From positions 1 through 52,870 of the forward strand of contig DGEF01000066.1 of the NCBI GenBank assembly GCA_002385805.1: 52,870 bases of DNA, written 5' to 3'. The stretch is from Peptococcaceae bacterium UBA3933 (GTDB taxonomy: Bacteria > Bacillota > Peptococcia > Peptococcales > BICA1-8). The notes under the pieces were generated by a model. The model did not search any database, was not told where the DNA came from, and worked only from the letters and a program-made list of their open reading frames with translations. How positions within the stretch are numbered: position 1 is the stretch's first letter; each line of letters starts with the position of its first letter. Of this stretch, positions 10,567-18,952 are shown one piece after another. The position numbers were made by a program, and so were the translations under genes.

Positions 10567-10882
10567 AACTACGGATAAACACAGATTTGGGGAATGGCAT
10601 TACGGCTAATGGGTTATACTGCATGTCGGTATTACGGCATCTAGGCGAATATTAATGTCGTCCCGAATAATTAACTCAAAAGCCGTAATGCTAGAATATT
10701 GTTATCTCGCCGCATGCTTACTAATAGACTTAAATATACTTGAGCGGTTATACGGGGAATCGGCTAAATAAGCTTAGCGAAAGTAAATATTTTCATTTTA
10801 TAAGGCACGTTTAAGGCGGGGATCGCTGCACTGTGTTCGCGATGACACGAGTTATGTCATTCCCTATTTAGGGTGAAGCTAT

Positions 10883-10938
10883 CCTCTTAACCTCAACCTT
10901 AACCTTAGTCATACGATCGAAAGTCGTAAACTAGCCAC
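10883..10938 (+). repeat. modular intergenic repeat, copy A: AACCTY hexads x3 + 17-nt hairpin + one TAGCCAC heptad
   Basis: AACCTC AACCTT AACCTT (10889-10906). TACGATCGAAAGTCGTA (10912-10928). TAGCCAC (10932-10938). Same module order as 22665-22724. Confidence 0.75.
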
Positions 10939-11029
10939 TAAAAATTATGTTCTTTTTTCTTTTTAAGCAGGAAATTTCATCGAAACAGCGTATTATTTGC
11001 TATATATTGTATTTTGGAGTGGTTTCTTA

Positions 11030-11662
11030 ATGGAAAGTAAGTTGAATAAACAGAATATTCTGGTTTTACTAGTGGTTATTGTGGCTTTTTCTTTTTGGGC
11101 CGGAACAAAATATGCTCAATGGCGACTAATATCAACTCCTTTAGAAATTGTCCAAGGGGAAAATACTGTAGTTCAGGAAAAAGATTTTCAGTTTCCAGAA
11201 CCCAATAAAATTAAAGTCCATATTGCGGGGGCCGTTAAAAATCCCGGTGTTTATGAATTGGAAGAAGGGGCACGATTAGAAGATGCACTGCAATTGGCGG
11301 AGCCTACCTTGGATGCTTTAATCGATAAATACTTAAACAGGGCCAGTATCCTGAGAGACGGTGAAAAGATTGTAGTGCCCTCTTTAGAAGATGAAAAAGA
11401 ACTGGGTGGGATGACAATAGACTCCAGTGTATTAGGTAGTATTTCTCTAGGTCAGCTTGGTACCGATACGGGAAAAATAAATATTAATCTGGCTTCCCAG
11501 AAAGAGTTAGAGTCATTAACCGGTATCGGACCAAGTAAAGCCCAGGCAATAATAGAGTACCGGGAGAAATATGGCGGTTTTAAAACTATTGAAGAATTAA
11601 CCAATGTTAGTGGGATTGGTGAAGCAACTTTGGAAAAAATCAAAGATAAAATAACAATTTAA
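11030..11662 (+). CDS. comEA: competence protein ComEA (SLBB + helix-hairpin-helix DNA binding)
   Basis: N-terminal membrane anchor and C-terminal tandem HhH 'LTGIGPSKAQAIIEYREKYGGFKTIEELTNVSGIG'. ATG 11030 behind GGAGTGG. Confidence 0.85.
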   Translation: MESKLNKQNILVLLVVIVAFSFWAGTKYAQWRLISTPLEIVQGENTVVQEKDFQFPEPNKIKVHIAGAVKNPGVYELEEGARLEDALQLAEPTLDALIDKYLNRASILRDGEKIVVPSLEDEKELGGMTIDSSVLGSISLGQLGTDTGKININLASQKELESLTGIGPSKAQAIIEYREKYGGFKTIEELTNVSGIGEATLEKIKDKITI

Positions 11663-11697
11663 AACCGAAATATGGACAATTAACTAAAACTTAACGA

Positions 11698-14016
11698 TTG
11701 GGACGGAAGTTATCCATGGTTCAAGAAAAAATATATGTAAATAGAAAATTAGTACAAGGTACTATCCTTTTTACTTTAGGAATAGTGTTAGGTTATTATA
11801 CTAATTTCTCCTTATTATTCTCGTTAGTTCTCCTTGCCGGATTTTTTTTCTTGGGGGCATATTGTTTATTTTATGAATTATCCCTTTTGAAGACAGTAAT
11901 TTATTGTTTTTTAATTGTCTTTGGTTTGTTTTGGTTTGATGTTCATGACCCCCAACCGGGTATTTTACAGCAATGGGAAAACGGGAAGGTTGAAGTTACC
12001 GGAAAAGTACTTTCTTTAGGAACCCGAGATAACCAGTATATCTTGCAATTAACTACAGTTAACGGTCACAATTTATCTCTTAAGCCTAGAGTTGTTGTTA
12101 ATACTTCTTGGGAGGATAACCAGATATATGGTTGGAATGATCTTGTAAAATTCACCGGCATTTTGGAGGAACCTTTACCCCAGACTAATCCGGGGGGTTT
12201 TTCGGAAAAAAAGTTCTGGCGGCAAAAGGGTGTTTATTATGAACTTAATGTTTTGGGAAAAGGAGTATTCTTGGAAAAAGGAAAAGGAATAAAAGCAGCG
12301 GGTTATCAACTGCGGGAAAAAATTAATCATATTATTGAGGTGAATCTTCCGGAAAAAGAAGGGGGAGTGGTTAGGGGGTTAGTATTAGGGGATAAGAGCA
12401 AACTTGATTCAGAATTATACGAACGGGCCCAAGAACTGGGTATTGTCCATATTTTTGCTGTATCCGGTTTGCACGTGGGTTTTGTAGTGGCTTTATATTT
12501 ATTTATTGCGAAAAGTTTACGTTTAAGTGATACTTTGACTTTAAGTGGAGCCGTCCTGATATTACTGGTTTACAGCCTGGTTACAGGTCTAACTACTTCG
12601 GTAACTAGAGCTTCAATTATGACCGTATTAGGGTTAATAGGATTAAAATGGTTAAAATACAGAGATTTCTATACTCTTTTAGCTGGAGCGGCTTTAGTTA
12701 TTTTGCTGGCAAATCCGTTAAACTTATTATCCATAGGCTTTCAGTTATCTTTTATCTCTACCTGGGGTTTAGTGTACTTTTTCTCCTTAGGGGAAGATTT
12801 ATTTCCTTTTTTCCCTGAAAAAATAAGAAAAACACTGGCCGTGCCTGTTGCTGCTCAGCTGGCTTCATTGCCGATAGTAATTTATCACTTTAATTTGCTT
12901 TCCTTTTGGGCACCTTTGGTTAATATCATAATAGTTCCTTTAGTAGGTATTTTAGTTCCTCTTTTATTTTTAGCTTTAAGTATTTCCCTAGTAGCGGTTA
13001 AACTGGCAGAACCTTTTTTGCTTTTGGGTAGCGGTATTGTTTACGGTTTGTTTTTCCTCATTGAATTTATAAGTGATTTACTATCCCGTGGGTTTATGTA
13101 TATAGAGAAACCGCCTCTGGTACTGATTATCTTTTATTACATTTTATTAATCGGTTGTAGAGAAGCAGAGCTTTTAAGAGAAAAGATTAGTTTAAACAAG
13201 CGGATGATACTTAGTATTGTACTTACCCTTAGTTTGCTGTTAATATGCCTTCCCCGTTCTGAGCCTTTGAAAGCCGTGTTTTTGGATGTAGGCCAGGGTG
13301 ACGGGGCTGTTTTAAAAACTCCTTATAATCAGTATATTGTGGTTGACGGCGGACCTGGCAGCAGTACTTTAACTAGATATCTTCAATCTGCCGGAGTGAA
13401 TCGGGTATTATTAATCATTCTCTCTCATCCTGATAGTGACCATATTAATGGTCTTTTTCAGGTAATAAAAAAATTCCCTACAGATTTTTTACTGGTACCA
13501 CCTGAGTTTGCAGAAAACCCTGCTTTTACTGAGTTTAAAAATTTGGCCCGTTCAAAAAATACTCGTATTGTTGAAGGAAGAGAAGGGGTGAATTTAAGGC
13601 TGGCTTCAGGTGTATATTTAAAAGTACTTTCACCTAATCCTGATTTACAAAAAAACCTGGATACTAATGAAGGGTCTTTGGTAGTTCGGGTATCTTGGCA
13701 GGAAAAAGATATTCTCTTTACCGGGGATATAGGGATAACAACTATCAAAAACATTCTTGGTGGTTTGGAAGGGATTGAGGTTGTCAAGGTACCTCACCAT
13801 GGCAGTAGAAATTCTTATTTTTCAGGTCTTTATTCCTTTCTTTCTCCTGATATAGCCGTAATTTCTGCAGGACGAAATAATAGATTTAACCATCCCCATC
13901 AAGAGGTAATTGAGGGTATCCAAGGGTCAGGAGGAGTAATTCTCCGTACTGATCAAAAAGGAGCTATAACCCTAATATTTCAAGAAAATGATATTGTAGT
14001 TGATACAAAACTATAA
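11698..14016 (+). CDS. comEC: DNA internalisation competence protein ComEC/Rec2
   Basis: 772 aa. Polytopic competence domain plus C-terminal metallo-beta-lactamase fold ('LSHPDSDHING', 'VPHHGS'). Start ambiguous (TTG 11698 or ATG 11716). Confidence 0.85.
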   Translation: MGRKLSMVQEKIYVNRKLVQGTILFTLGIVLGYYTNFSLLFSLVLLAGFFFLGAYCLFYELSLLKTVIYCFLIVFGLFWFDVHDPQPGILQQWENGKVEVTGKVLSLGTRDNQYILQLTTVNGHNLSLKPRVVVNTSWEDNQIYGWNDLVKFTGILEEPLPQTNPGGFSEKKFWRQKGVYYELNVLGKGVFLEKGKGIKAAGYQLREKINHIIEVNLPEKEGGVVRGLVLGDKSKLDSELYERAQELGIVHIFAVSGLHVGFVVALYLFIAKSLRLSDTLTLSGAVLILLVYSLVTGLTTSVTRASIMTVLGLIGLKWLKYRDFYTLLAGAALVILLANPLNLLSIGFQLSFISTWGLVYFFSLGEDLFPFFPEKIRKTLAVPVAAQLASLPIVIYHFNLLSFWAPLVNIIIVPLVGILVPLLFLALSISLVAVKLAEPFLLLGSGIVYGLFFLIEFISDLLSRGFMYIEKPPLVLIIFYYILLIGCREAELLREKISLNKRMILSIVLTLSLLLICLPRSEPLKAVFLDVGQGDGAVLKTPYNQYIVVDGGPGSSTLTRYLQSAGVNRVLLIILSHPDSDHINGLFQVIKKFPTDFLLVPPEFAENPAFTEFKNLARSKNTRIVEGREGVNLRLASGVYLKVLSPNPDLQKNLDTNEGSLVVRVSWQEKDILFTGDIGITTIKNILGGLEGIEVVKVPHHGSRNSYFSGLYSFLSPDIAVISAGRNNRFNHPHQEVIEGIQGSGGVILRTDQKGAITLIFQENDIVVDTKL

Positions 14017-14111
14017 TTTCTGTATATTTTAACAAAATATAGCTGGGTGATAAACAGTCCCATTATGCTATAATAAGAGGTGTTGCTAAAAGATTTTTGG
14101 GGTGAGATAAT

Positions 14112-15317
14112 TTGCAGAAGATCAAAGTAATATTTTTGGCAATTTTTTTTATTTTTGTGGTTTCCTCCGGGGCGATAGCGGCACCTGATATTGCAGGTGA
14201 AGCTTTTATCTTAATTGATGCTCAGTCAGGTCAGATTTTAGATGGGAAAAATTATGATGTTCAATTGCATCCGGCCAGTACAACTAAAATTTTAACAACT
14301 ATATTGGCTTTAGAAAAAGGAAAATTGACGGATAAGGTGACAGTTAGCAAAAATGCACCGGCAGCAGAAGGAACTAAAGTGTATCTTCGGGAAGGGGAAA
14401 CAGTTACTTTAGAACAATTATTAAATGCGGCCATGGTTCATTCGGCTAATGATGCGGCCGTAGCTATTGCTGAGCACATTGGTGGTTCGGTGGAAGCTTT
14501 TGTTGAACTGATGAATGAAAAAGCCAAGGAAATAGGAGCCAAGAACACTAAATTTGTAAATACTCACGGGTTAACCAATGAGGAACATTTAACAACTGCT
14601 TATGATTTAGCTATGATTTCCAGGTATGCCATGCAAAATCCTCAGTTTAGAGAACTGGCCGCAAAAAAAGTTTATGACTGGGAGGGACTGGAATGGCAGA
14701 CCAGGTTGATTAATAAAAATAAATTCCTCTGGCGAATGCAGGAAGCCACCGGAATAAAACCGGGATATACATCCCAGGCCAAGTATACTTTGGCGGCCTC
14801 TGCCGAGAAGAACGGTCAAGAGTTGATTTGTGTAATTTTAGGCAGCAGTGAAAATAGAATCTGGGATGATGCCAAAGCCCTTTTAGAGTATGGCTTTACT
14901 GATTTTCGTAATATAAATATAACGGAAAATAATAATATAGTAGCTACACTCCAAATAGATGAAGAAAAAGAAGTGAATTTAGCTACTACGCGTGCCGCTA
15001 ATTTTGTTGTTGCTAATAATGAACAAATTAAATTAGAAACTAAAGTTGTATTAAAAGATTTTAGTTTCCCAATACATAAAGGAGACATTTTAGGTGAATT
15101 AAAAGTAATGATTAATGGGGAAGAAGCGGAGAGTATTCCTTTACAATCATTAGAGGAAATAAAAAAACCTATTGTTTGGCACCGAATAGTAATTAATTTA
15201 CTAGCTGCAACATTTTTATTACAGATTGCAGTACGTCTTTACAGACGCTGGCGTAAACGTCGTAGGAAATATCTTTATCGTTCAACAGGTAGGCGGATAA
15301 ACACGTACCGCTTCTAG
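14112..15317 (+). CDS. D-alanyl-D-alanine carboxypeptidase (peptidase S11, DacB/DacF-like)
   Basis: Signal peptide, SxxK 'ASTTKIL', SxN 'HSANDAA', KTG-like 'KPGYT', C-terminal membrane anchor plus basic tail. Confidence 0.85.
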   Translation: MQKIKVIFLAIFFIFVVSSGAIAAPDIAGEAFILIDAQSGQILDGKNYDVQLHPASTTKILTTILALEKGKLTDKVTVSKNAPAAEGTKVYLREGETVTLEQLLNAAMVHSANDAAVAIAEHIGGSVEAFVELMNEKAKEIGAKNTKFVNTHGLTNEEHLTTAYDLAMISRYAMQNPQFRELAAKKVYDWEGLEWQTRLINKNKFLWRMQEATGIKPGYTSQAKYTLAASAEKNGQELICVILGSSENRIWDDAKALLEYGFTDFRNINITENNNIVATLQIDEEKEVNLATTRAANFVVANNEQIKLETKVVLKDFSFPIHKGDILGELKVMINGEEAESIPLQSLEEIKKPIVWHRIVINLLAATFLLQIAVRLYRRWRKRRRKYLYRSTGRRINTYRF

Positions 15318-15327
15318 GAGTGATTAT

Positions 15328-16344
15328 ATGGAGTACCAGGCATTAAATAATAGTATTAACAGGGGTGTTTTGGCAACAGTCTATCTTTTCCATGGAACAG
15401 AAGATTTTTTAATGGAACGGTATTTGGACAAATTAAAAGCAATAATATTACCTCAAGGGCTAGAGGATTTCAATTTTGATAGAGTTGACGGAGAGAAGGT
15501 AACTCCTGAGCGGGTAGTGGAATTAGCCTCAATGATGCCGGTTATGGCTGAAAAACGATTAATTATAATTGATAATCCTGTTTATTTGCTGGCTAATAAG
15601 ACCAAAGAAGATAAATATGAAGATAAACCTTTATTAGAATATTTACAAAATCCTAATCCCAGCAGTTGTGTGGTTTTTAAACTAATAGGGAGCCCGGATA
15701 AAAGAAAAAAGTTATTTAAAGCAATTGCGGAGAAGGGACAGGTTTATGAGTTTGCTCCTTTAAAAGGAAGGCACTTGGAAGAGTGGATTATAAGTTTCTT
15801 ACAGGAAAAAGGGAAAAAAATTCAACCTGAGGCCCTAACTTATCTTACTATTATTGGCAGTAACGGCTTAAATTTCCTGGAAAAGGAACTGGAAAAATTG
15901 CTTATCTACAGTGGAGATGAACCGATAATTTCTTTAGAAACTGTGCAGAATGTGGTTACCAAGACTATCGAGGTTAATGTTTTTGATTTAATTGATAGTG
16001 TTGCTAATAAGGAAGTTGAGAGGGCTTGGGATTTACTACATACCACCTTAGCTTCAGGGGAAGCACCTATGAAACTTATTTATCTTCTGGTTCGTCAATT
16101 CCGTTTAATTTTAATAGCTAAAGATTTGCTAAACCAGGGTTGTACTGAAAAGCAAATCAAAGAAAAAATGGATGTCCATCCCTATGTGGTAAAAAAGGCG
16201 TTGGCCCAAGGACGAAAGTTTTCGGAAAGGGAATTAGTTAATGCTTTAGAAAAACTTTTAGAAACGGAGATACTTTTAAAATCCGGTGGAGGCGACCCGG
16301 AAAAACTATTGGAAAATTTTATTGTGGGAGTCTGTGTAAGCTAA
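15328..16344 (+). CDS. holA: DNA polymerase III delta subunit
   Basis: 338-aa HolA-like ORF in the conserved position between comEC and rpsT. Confidence 0.85.
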   Translation: MEYQALNNSINRGVLATVYLFHGTEDFLMERYLDKLKAIILPQGLEDFNFDRVDGEKVTPERVVELASMMPVMAEKRLIIIDNPVYLLANKTKEDKYEDKPLLEYLQNPNPSSCVVFKLIGSPDKRKKLFKAIAEKGQVYEFAPLKGRHLEEWIISFLQEKGKKIQPEALTYLTIIGSNGLNFLEKELEKLLIYSGDEPIISLETVQNVVTKTIEVNVFDLIDSVANKEVERAWDLLHTTLASGEAPMKLIYLLVRQFRLILIAKDLLNQGCTEKQIKEKMDVHPYVVKKALAQGRKFSERELVNALEKLLETEILLKSGGGDPEKLLENFIVGVCVS

Positions 16345-16348
16345 AAAT

Positions 16349-16377
16349 GACCTGCCGGTTAAAATGGCAGGCTTTTT
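16349..16377 (+). terminator. intrinsic terminator after holA
   Basis: CCTGCC / GGCAGG stem followed by CTTTTT. Confidence 0.7.
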
Positions 16378-16452
16378 AATGCCCATTGTTATTAGAATCA
16401 TAATTTTCCGTGGTGTGCATTAGAGAGAGAAAATTTAAGGATGTAGAAAAGC

Positions 16453-16481
16453 AAAAAAAGTCGCCAAGGGGCGACTTTTTA
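16453..16481 (-). terminator. bidirectional intrinsic terminator (serves rpsT)
   Basis: GTCGCC / GGCGAC stem with 4-nt loop, flanked by an A-run and a T-run, immediately 3' of the rpsT stop. Confidence 0.85.
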
Positions 16482-16748
16482 TTAGCCTGCTAATTTATTA
16501 AACATCTTCATCAGGCGAGATTTTTTATTGGCAGCATTGTTTTTATGCAAAATACCCTTGGAAGCAGCTTTGTCAATAATTTTGATGGCATTTCTAAGGG
16601 TAACTTTAGCTTCTTCAATATTAGCGGCTTGGAAAGCTTCTTCAAAGCGTTTAATAGAAGTTTTTACACGGGATTTCATTGCCCGGTTTCTTAAAGTCCG
16701 TATTTTTGCTTTTCTTGCACGTTTTTCAGCAGATTTTATATTGGCCAA
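16482..16748 (-). CDS. rpsT: 30S ribosomal protein S20
   Basis: 'ANIKSAEKRARKAKIRTLRNRAMKSRVKT'. TTG start 6 nt after AAAGGAGGTG. The longer track ORF to 16826 is upstream read-through. Confidence 0.92.
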   Translation of the reverse strand: MANIKSAEKRARKAKIRTLRNRAMKSRVKTSIKRFEEAFQAANIEEAKVTLRNAIKIIDKAASKGILHKNNAANKKSRLMKMFNKLAG

Positions 16749-16920
16749 GGATGTCACCTCCTTTAAAGCACTAAACACTGAACAAAGAAAATCATTCCGT
16801 ATTTTTAACAGATTATATTTTATCATCTAGGGATTTAAAATGCAACTAAAACCAAGTTTTGTATAAATATAATTTTTTTTGCACAAGATATTTTTATAAA
16901 AACTACCTTATTAGAGTGAG

Positions 16921-17259
16921 GTGATAACTCTGTTAGGAACAATAATCAGGTTTGTGGTTTCTGCATTAGTATTACTGGTAGTAAGTTGGATATTACCTGG
17001 TTTTAGTGTGAATGGATTTTTTGGTGCTTTAATAGCCGCTGTGGTTATTGCTTTATTAGGCTGGGCAGCAGAGGGCCTTTTAGGGAAAAATAGGTCTCCC
17101 CAAAGTCGTGGACTGGTAGGGTTTATATCAGCGGCAGTTGTAATCTATTTAGCTCAATTTATTATTCCCAATCAAATTTCAGTGTCAATTGTAGGGGCAC
17201 TTTTAGCGGCTCTGGTTATAGGTTTAGTTGATGCGGTGGTTCCTACAGAATTACGTTAA
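16921..17259 (+). CDS. small integral membrane protein (about 4 TM; loosely DUF360/holin-4_2-like)
   Basis: 112-aa hydrophobic ORF with two similar halves ('LPGFSVNGFFGALIAAVVIALLG'). Start codon poorly supported. Confidence 0.5.
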   Translation: MITLLGTIIRFVVSALVLLVVSWILPGFSVNGFFGALIAAVVIALLGWAAEGLLGKNRSPQSRGLVGFISAAVVIYLAQFIIPNQISVSIVGALLAALVIGLVDAVVPTELR

Positions 17260-17275
17260 TAAAGCTTAGTCATAA

Positions 17276-17330
17276 CCTCTCCCCCTTTTACATATATATC
17301 AATTATGTATAAGCTAGGGGAGGGGTTTTT
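17276..17330 (+). terminator. terminator-like hairpin whose 3' arm is the spoIIP SD
   Basis: CCTCTCCCC (17276-17284) pairs with GGGGAGGGG (17317-17325), 32-nt loop. The T-run runs into the TTG start. Confidence 0.5.
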
Positions 17331-18470
17331 TTGTTTTTTCAAAAAAGAAAAATATTAGGGACGAAATACAGGTTTAATAGGGCCAAGCTATACTCCCTTT
17401 TAGGGTGTGGAATTTTATTTGTTTTAGGATTAGCTCTAATCTTGAATTACTCTGCTTCCCGGCAAGAAAAAAATGTTGCTGTTAGTACTAATCAGCCGAA
17501 GGTTAATTCCTATTATCCAGAAATGGGCAATTTATTAGGAATTACTGAGGATAACCTGAAAGCAATGTTACAAGAGGGTTTTCCACTCTTACCTTCTCAT
17601 GAACGGGGAGGAACAAAAAGTAATGTTCGGAAAGTCCTTTCCCAAGGTTTAAGTTATATTACTGGTTTGGAAGTTAATAATCCTTTGAGTTTTTTGCAGG
17701 CTGAGATGACTATACTGGCTGTTAGCGATTTGGAGAATAAATTGACTTTTGGGCAAAACACTGGTATTGCTTATGCGGGTGAAATAGAGGAAGATTTTTA
17801 TTTAGATACTCCACCGGAGCTAGAAGAATGGCAATTTGAATTTGATGAAAACCAGCCAATAGAATTAAGTAAAGACCCGGTAGTTTTAATATATAATACA
17901 CATAATGCGGAAACTTATAAGCCAACAGACGGTGTCAGCAAGTTGGAAGGGAAGAATGCAGGTATAGCCAAAGTTGCGGAAACTCTGGCCAAAACTTTAG
18001 AAAATAAGTACGGATTAAAAACAATTAGATCTGAAACGATTCATGATTATCCTGATTTTAGCCGTTCCTATATTAAGTCACTGGAAACGGCTCAAAAAAT
18101 CCTTAAAGCTAATAAAACCATTCAGGCGGTTTTTGATGTTCACCGGGATGCAGGTTTTACTACCAAAACTCCCACTACAGTTAACATTAAGGGAAAAAGT
18201 GCAGCCTCTATCATGATTGTTATCGGTACAGAACATGAACGTTGGCAAGAAAATCTTGCTTTTGCTAAAAAACTTGAAAAAAAGGCAAACGAATTATATC
18301 CTAACCTGGTTAGAGACATAAGAATTGCTAATAACCGCCGCTATAATCAACACTTACATCCTAATTCGCTAATTTTGGAAATAGGCAGTGACTTAAATAC
18401 TTTAGAAGAGGCACAATATAGTGCTGCGTTATTTGCGGAAGTGATTGCCTCTGTTATTAAAGGTAACTAA
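17331..18470 (+). CDS. spoIIP: stage II sporulation protein P
   Basis: 379 aa with N-terminal anchor. SpoIIP-type amidase region ('VLIYNTHNAETY', 'VFDVHRD'). Conserved position after rpsT. Confidence 0.85.
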   Translation: MFFQKRKILGTKYRFNRAKLYSLLGCGILFVLGLALILNYSASRQEKNVAVSTNQPKVNSYYPEMGNLLGITEDNLKAMLQEGFPLLPSHERGGTKSNVRKVLSQGLSYITGLEVNNPLSFLQAEMTILAVSDLENKLTFGQNTGIAYAGEIEEDFYLDTPPELEEWQFEFDENQPIELSKDPVVLIYNTHNAETYKPTDGVSKLEGKNAGIAKVAETLAKTLENKYGLKTIRSETIHDYPDFSRSYIKSLETAQKILKANKTIQAVFDVHRDAGFTTKTPTTVNIKGKSAASIMIVIGTEHERWQENLAFAKKLEKKANELYPNLVRDIRIANNRRYNQHLHPNSLILEIGSDLNTLEEAQYSAALFAEVIASVIKGN

Positions 18471-18567
18471 TTTGTTTTTGAGTGTCTGTAAATAAATACC
18501 AGATAGCGAATAACTCTTTGTAGATATGGTAAATATATTAATATTCTACAAGGAGCAGGTGAATGGA

Positions 18568-18939
18568 TTGGGTTGGAAGTGGAATTTAAAGATTCTGATA
18601 ATTATTTTACTTTTTATTAATTTAATTGTCCTAGGGACCAATATTTGTGCTGAGCGTCTGGCTATAATTACCAATAAGGATATACCTTCTCCTTTTGTCT
18701 TGGAAAAGGGAAACGGTCAAGTAATTCAGATAAATTTATTAGGAAATCAGTTAAATTATTCTTATAGCACTTTGCTAAATAGTTACACAACTGCGAAAGC
18801 TTCTATACAAAAGTCTTGGGTTACTGTAAAATGTAATTTAGCCCCCAGGTTAGAATACCTAGATAACCTCTGGGTGAAAGGGTTAACTCAATTAAACAGT
18901 GACCTGGAGAGTCTTACCAATAAATTTAATAGGTATTGA
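18568..18939 (+). CDS. hypothetical membrane-anchored protein (in the position of B. subtilis yqxA)
   Basis: ORF with one N-terminal TM helix. No motif recognised. Start guessed at TTG 18568 after AGGTG. Confidence 0.4.
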   Translation: MGWKWNLKILIIILLFINLIVLGTNICAERLAIITNKDIPSPFVLEKGNGQVIQINLLGNQLNYSYSTLLNSYTTAKASIQKSWVTVKCNLAPRLEYLDNLWVKGLTQLNSDLESLTNKFNRY

Positions 18940-18952
18940 AAAGGTGAATAAT

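Noticed and set aside
10567-10882. Known housekeeping RNAs (RNase P, SRP/scRNA, tmRNA, 6S) or a tRNA in the large ilvD-comEA spacer
   Set aside because: Signature sequences are absent, including RNase P 'GAGGAAAGUCC', the SRP domain IV motif, the tmRNA tRNA-like ends and a tRNA cloverleaf. The region is left as unclassified.
16528-16830. 100-aa + strand ORF overlapping rpsT
   Set aside because: It is the antisense shadow of the clearly recognisable S20 gene. It has no SD and no family resemblance.
16921-17259. Holin-like small membrane protein as evidence of a prophage
   Set aside because: No other phage genes (endolysin, terminase, integrase) are nearby. Similarity to the holin-4_2/DUF360 family is loose, and such proteins are common chromosomal genes.
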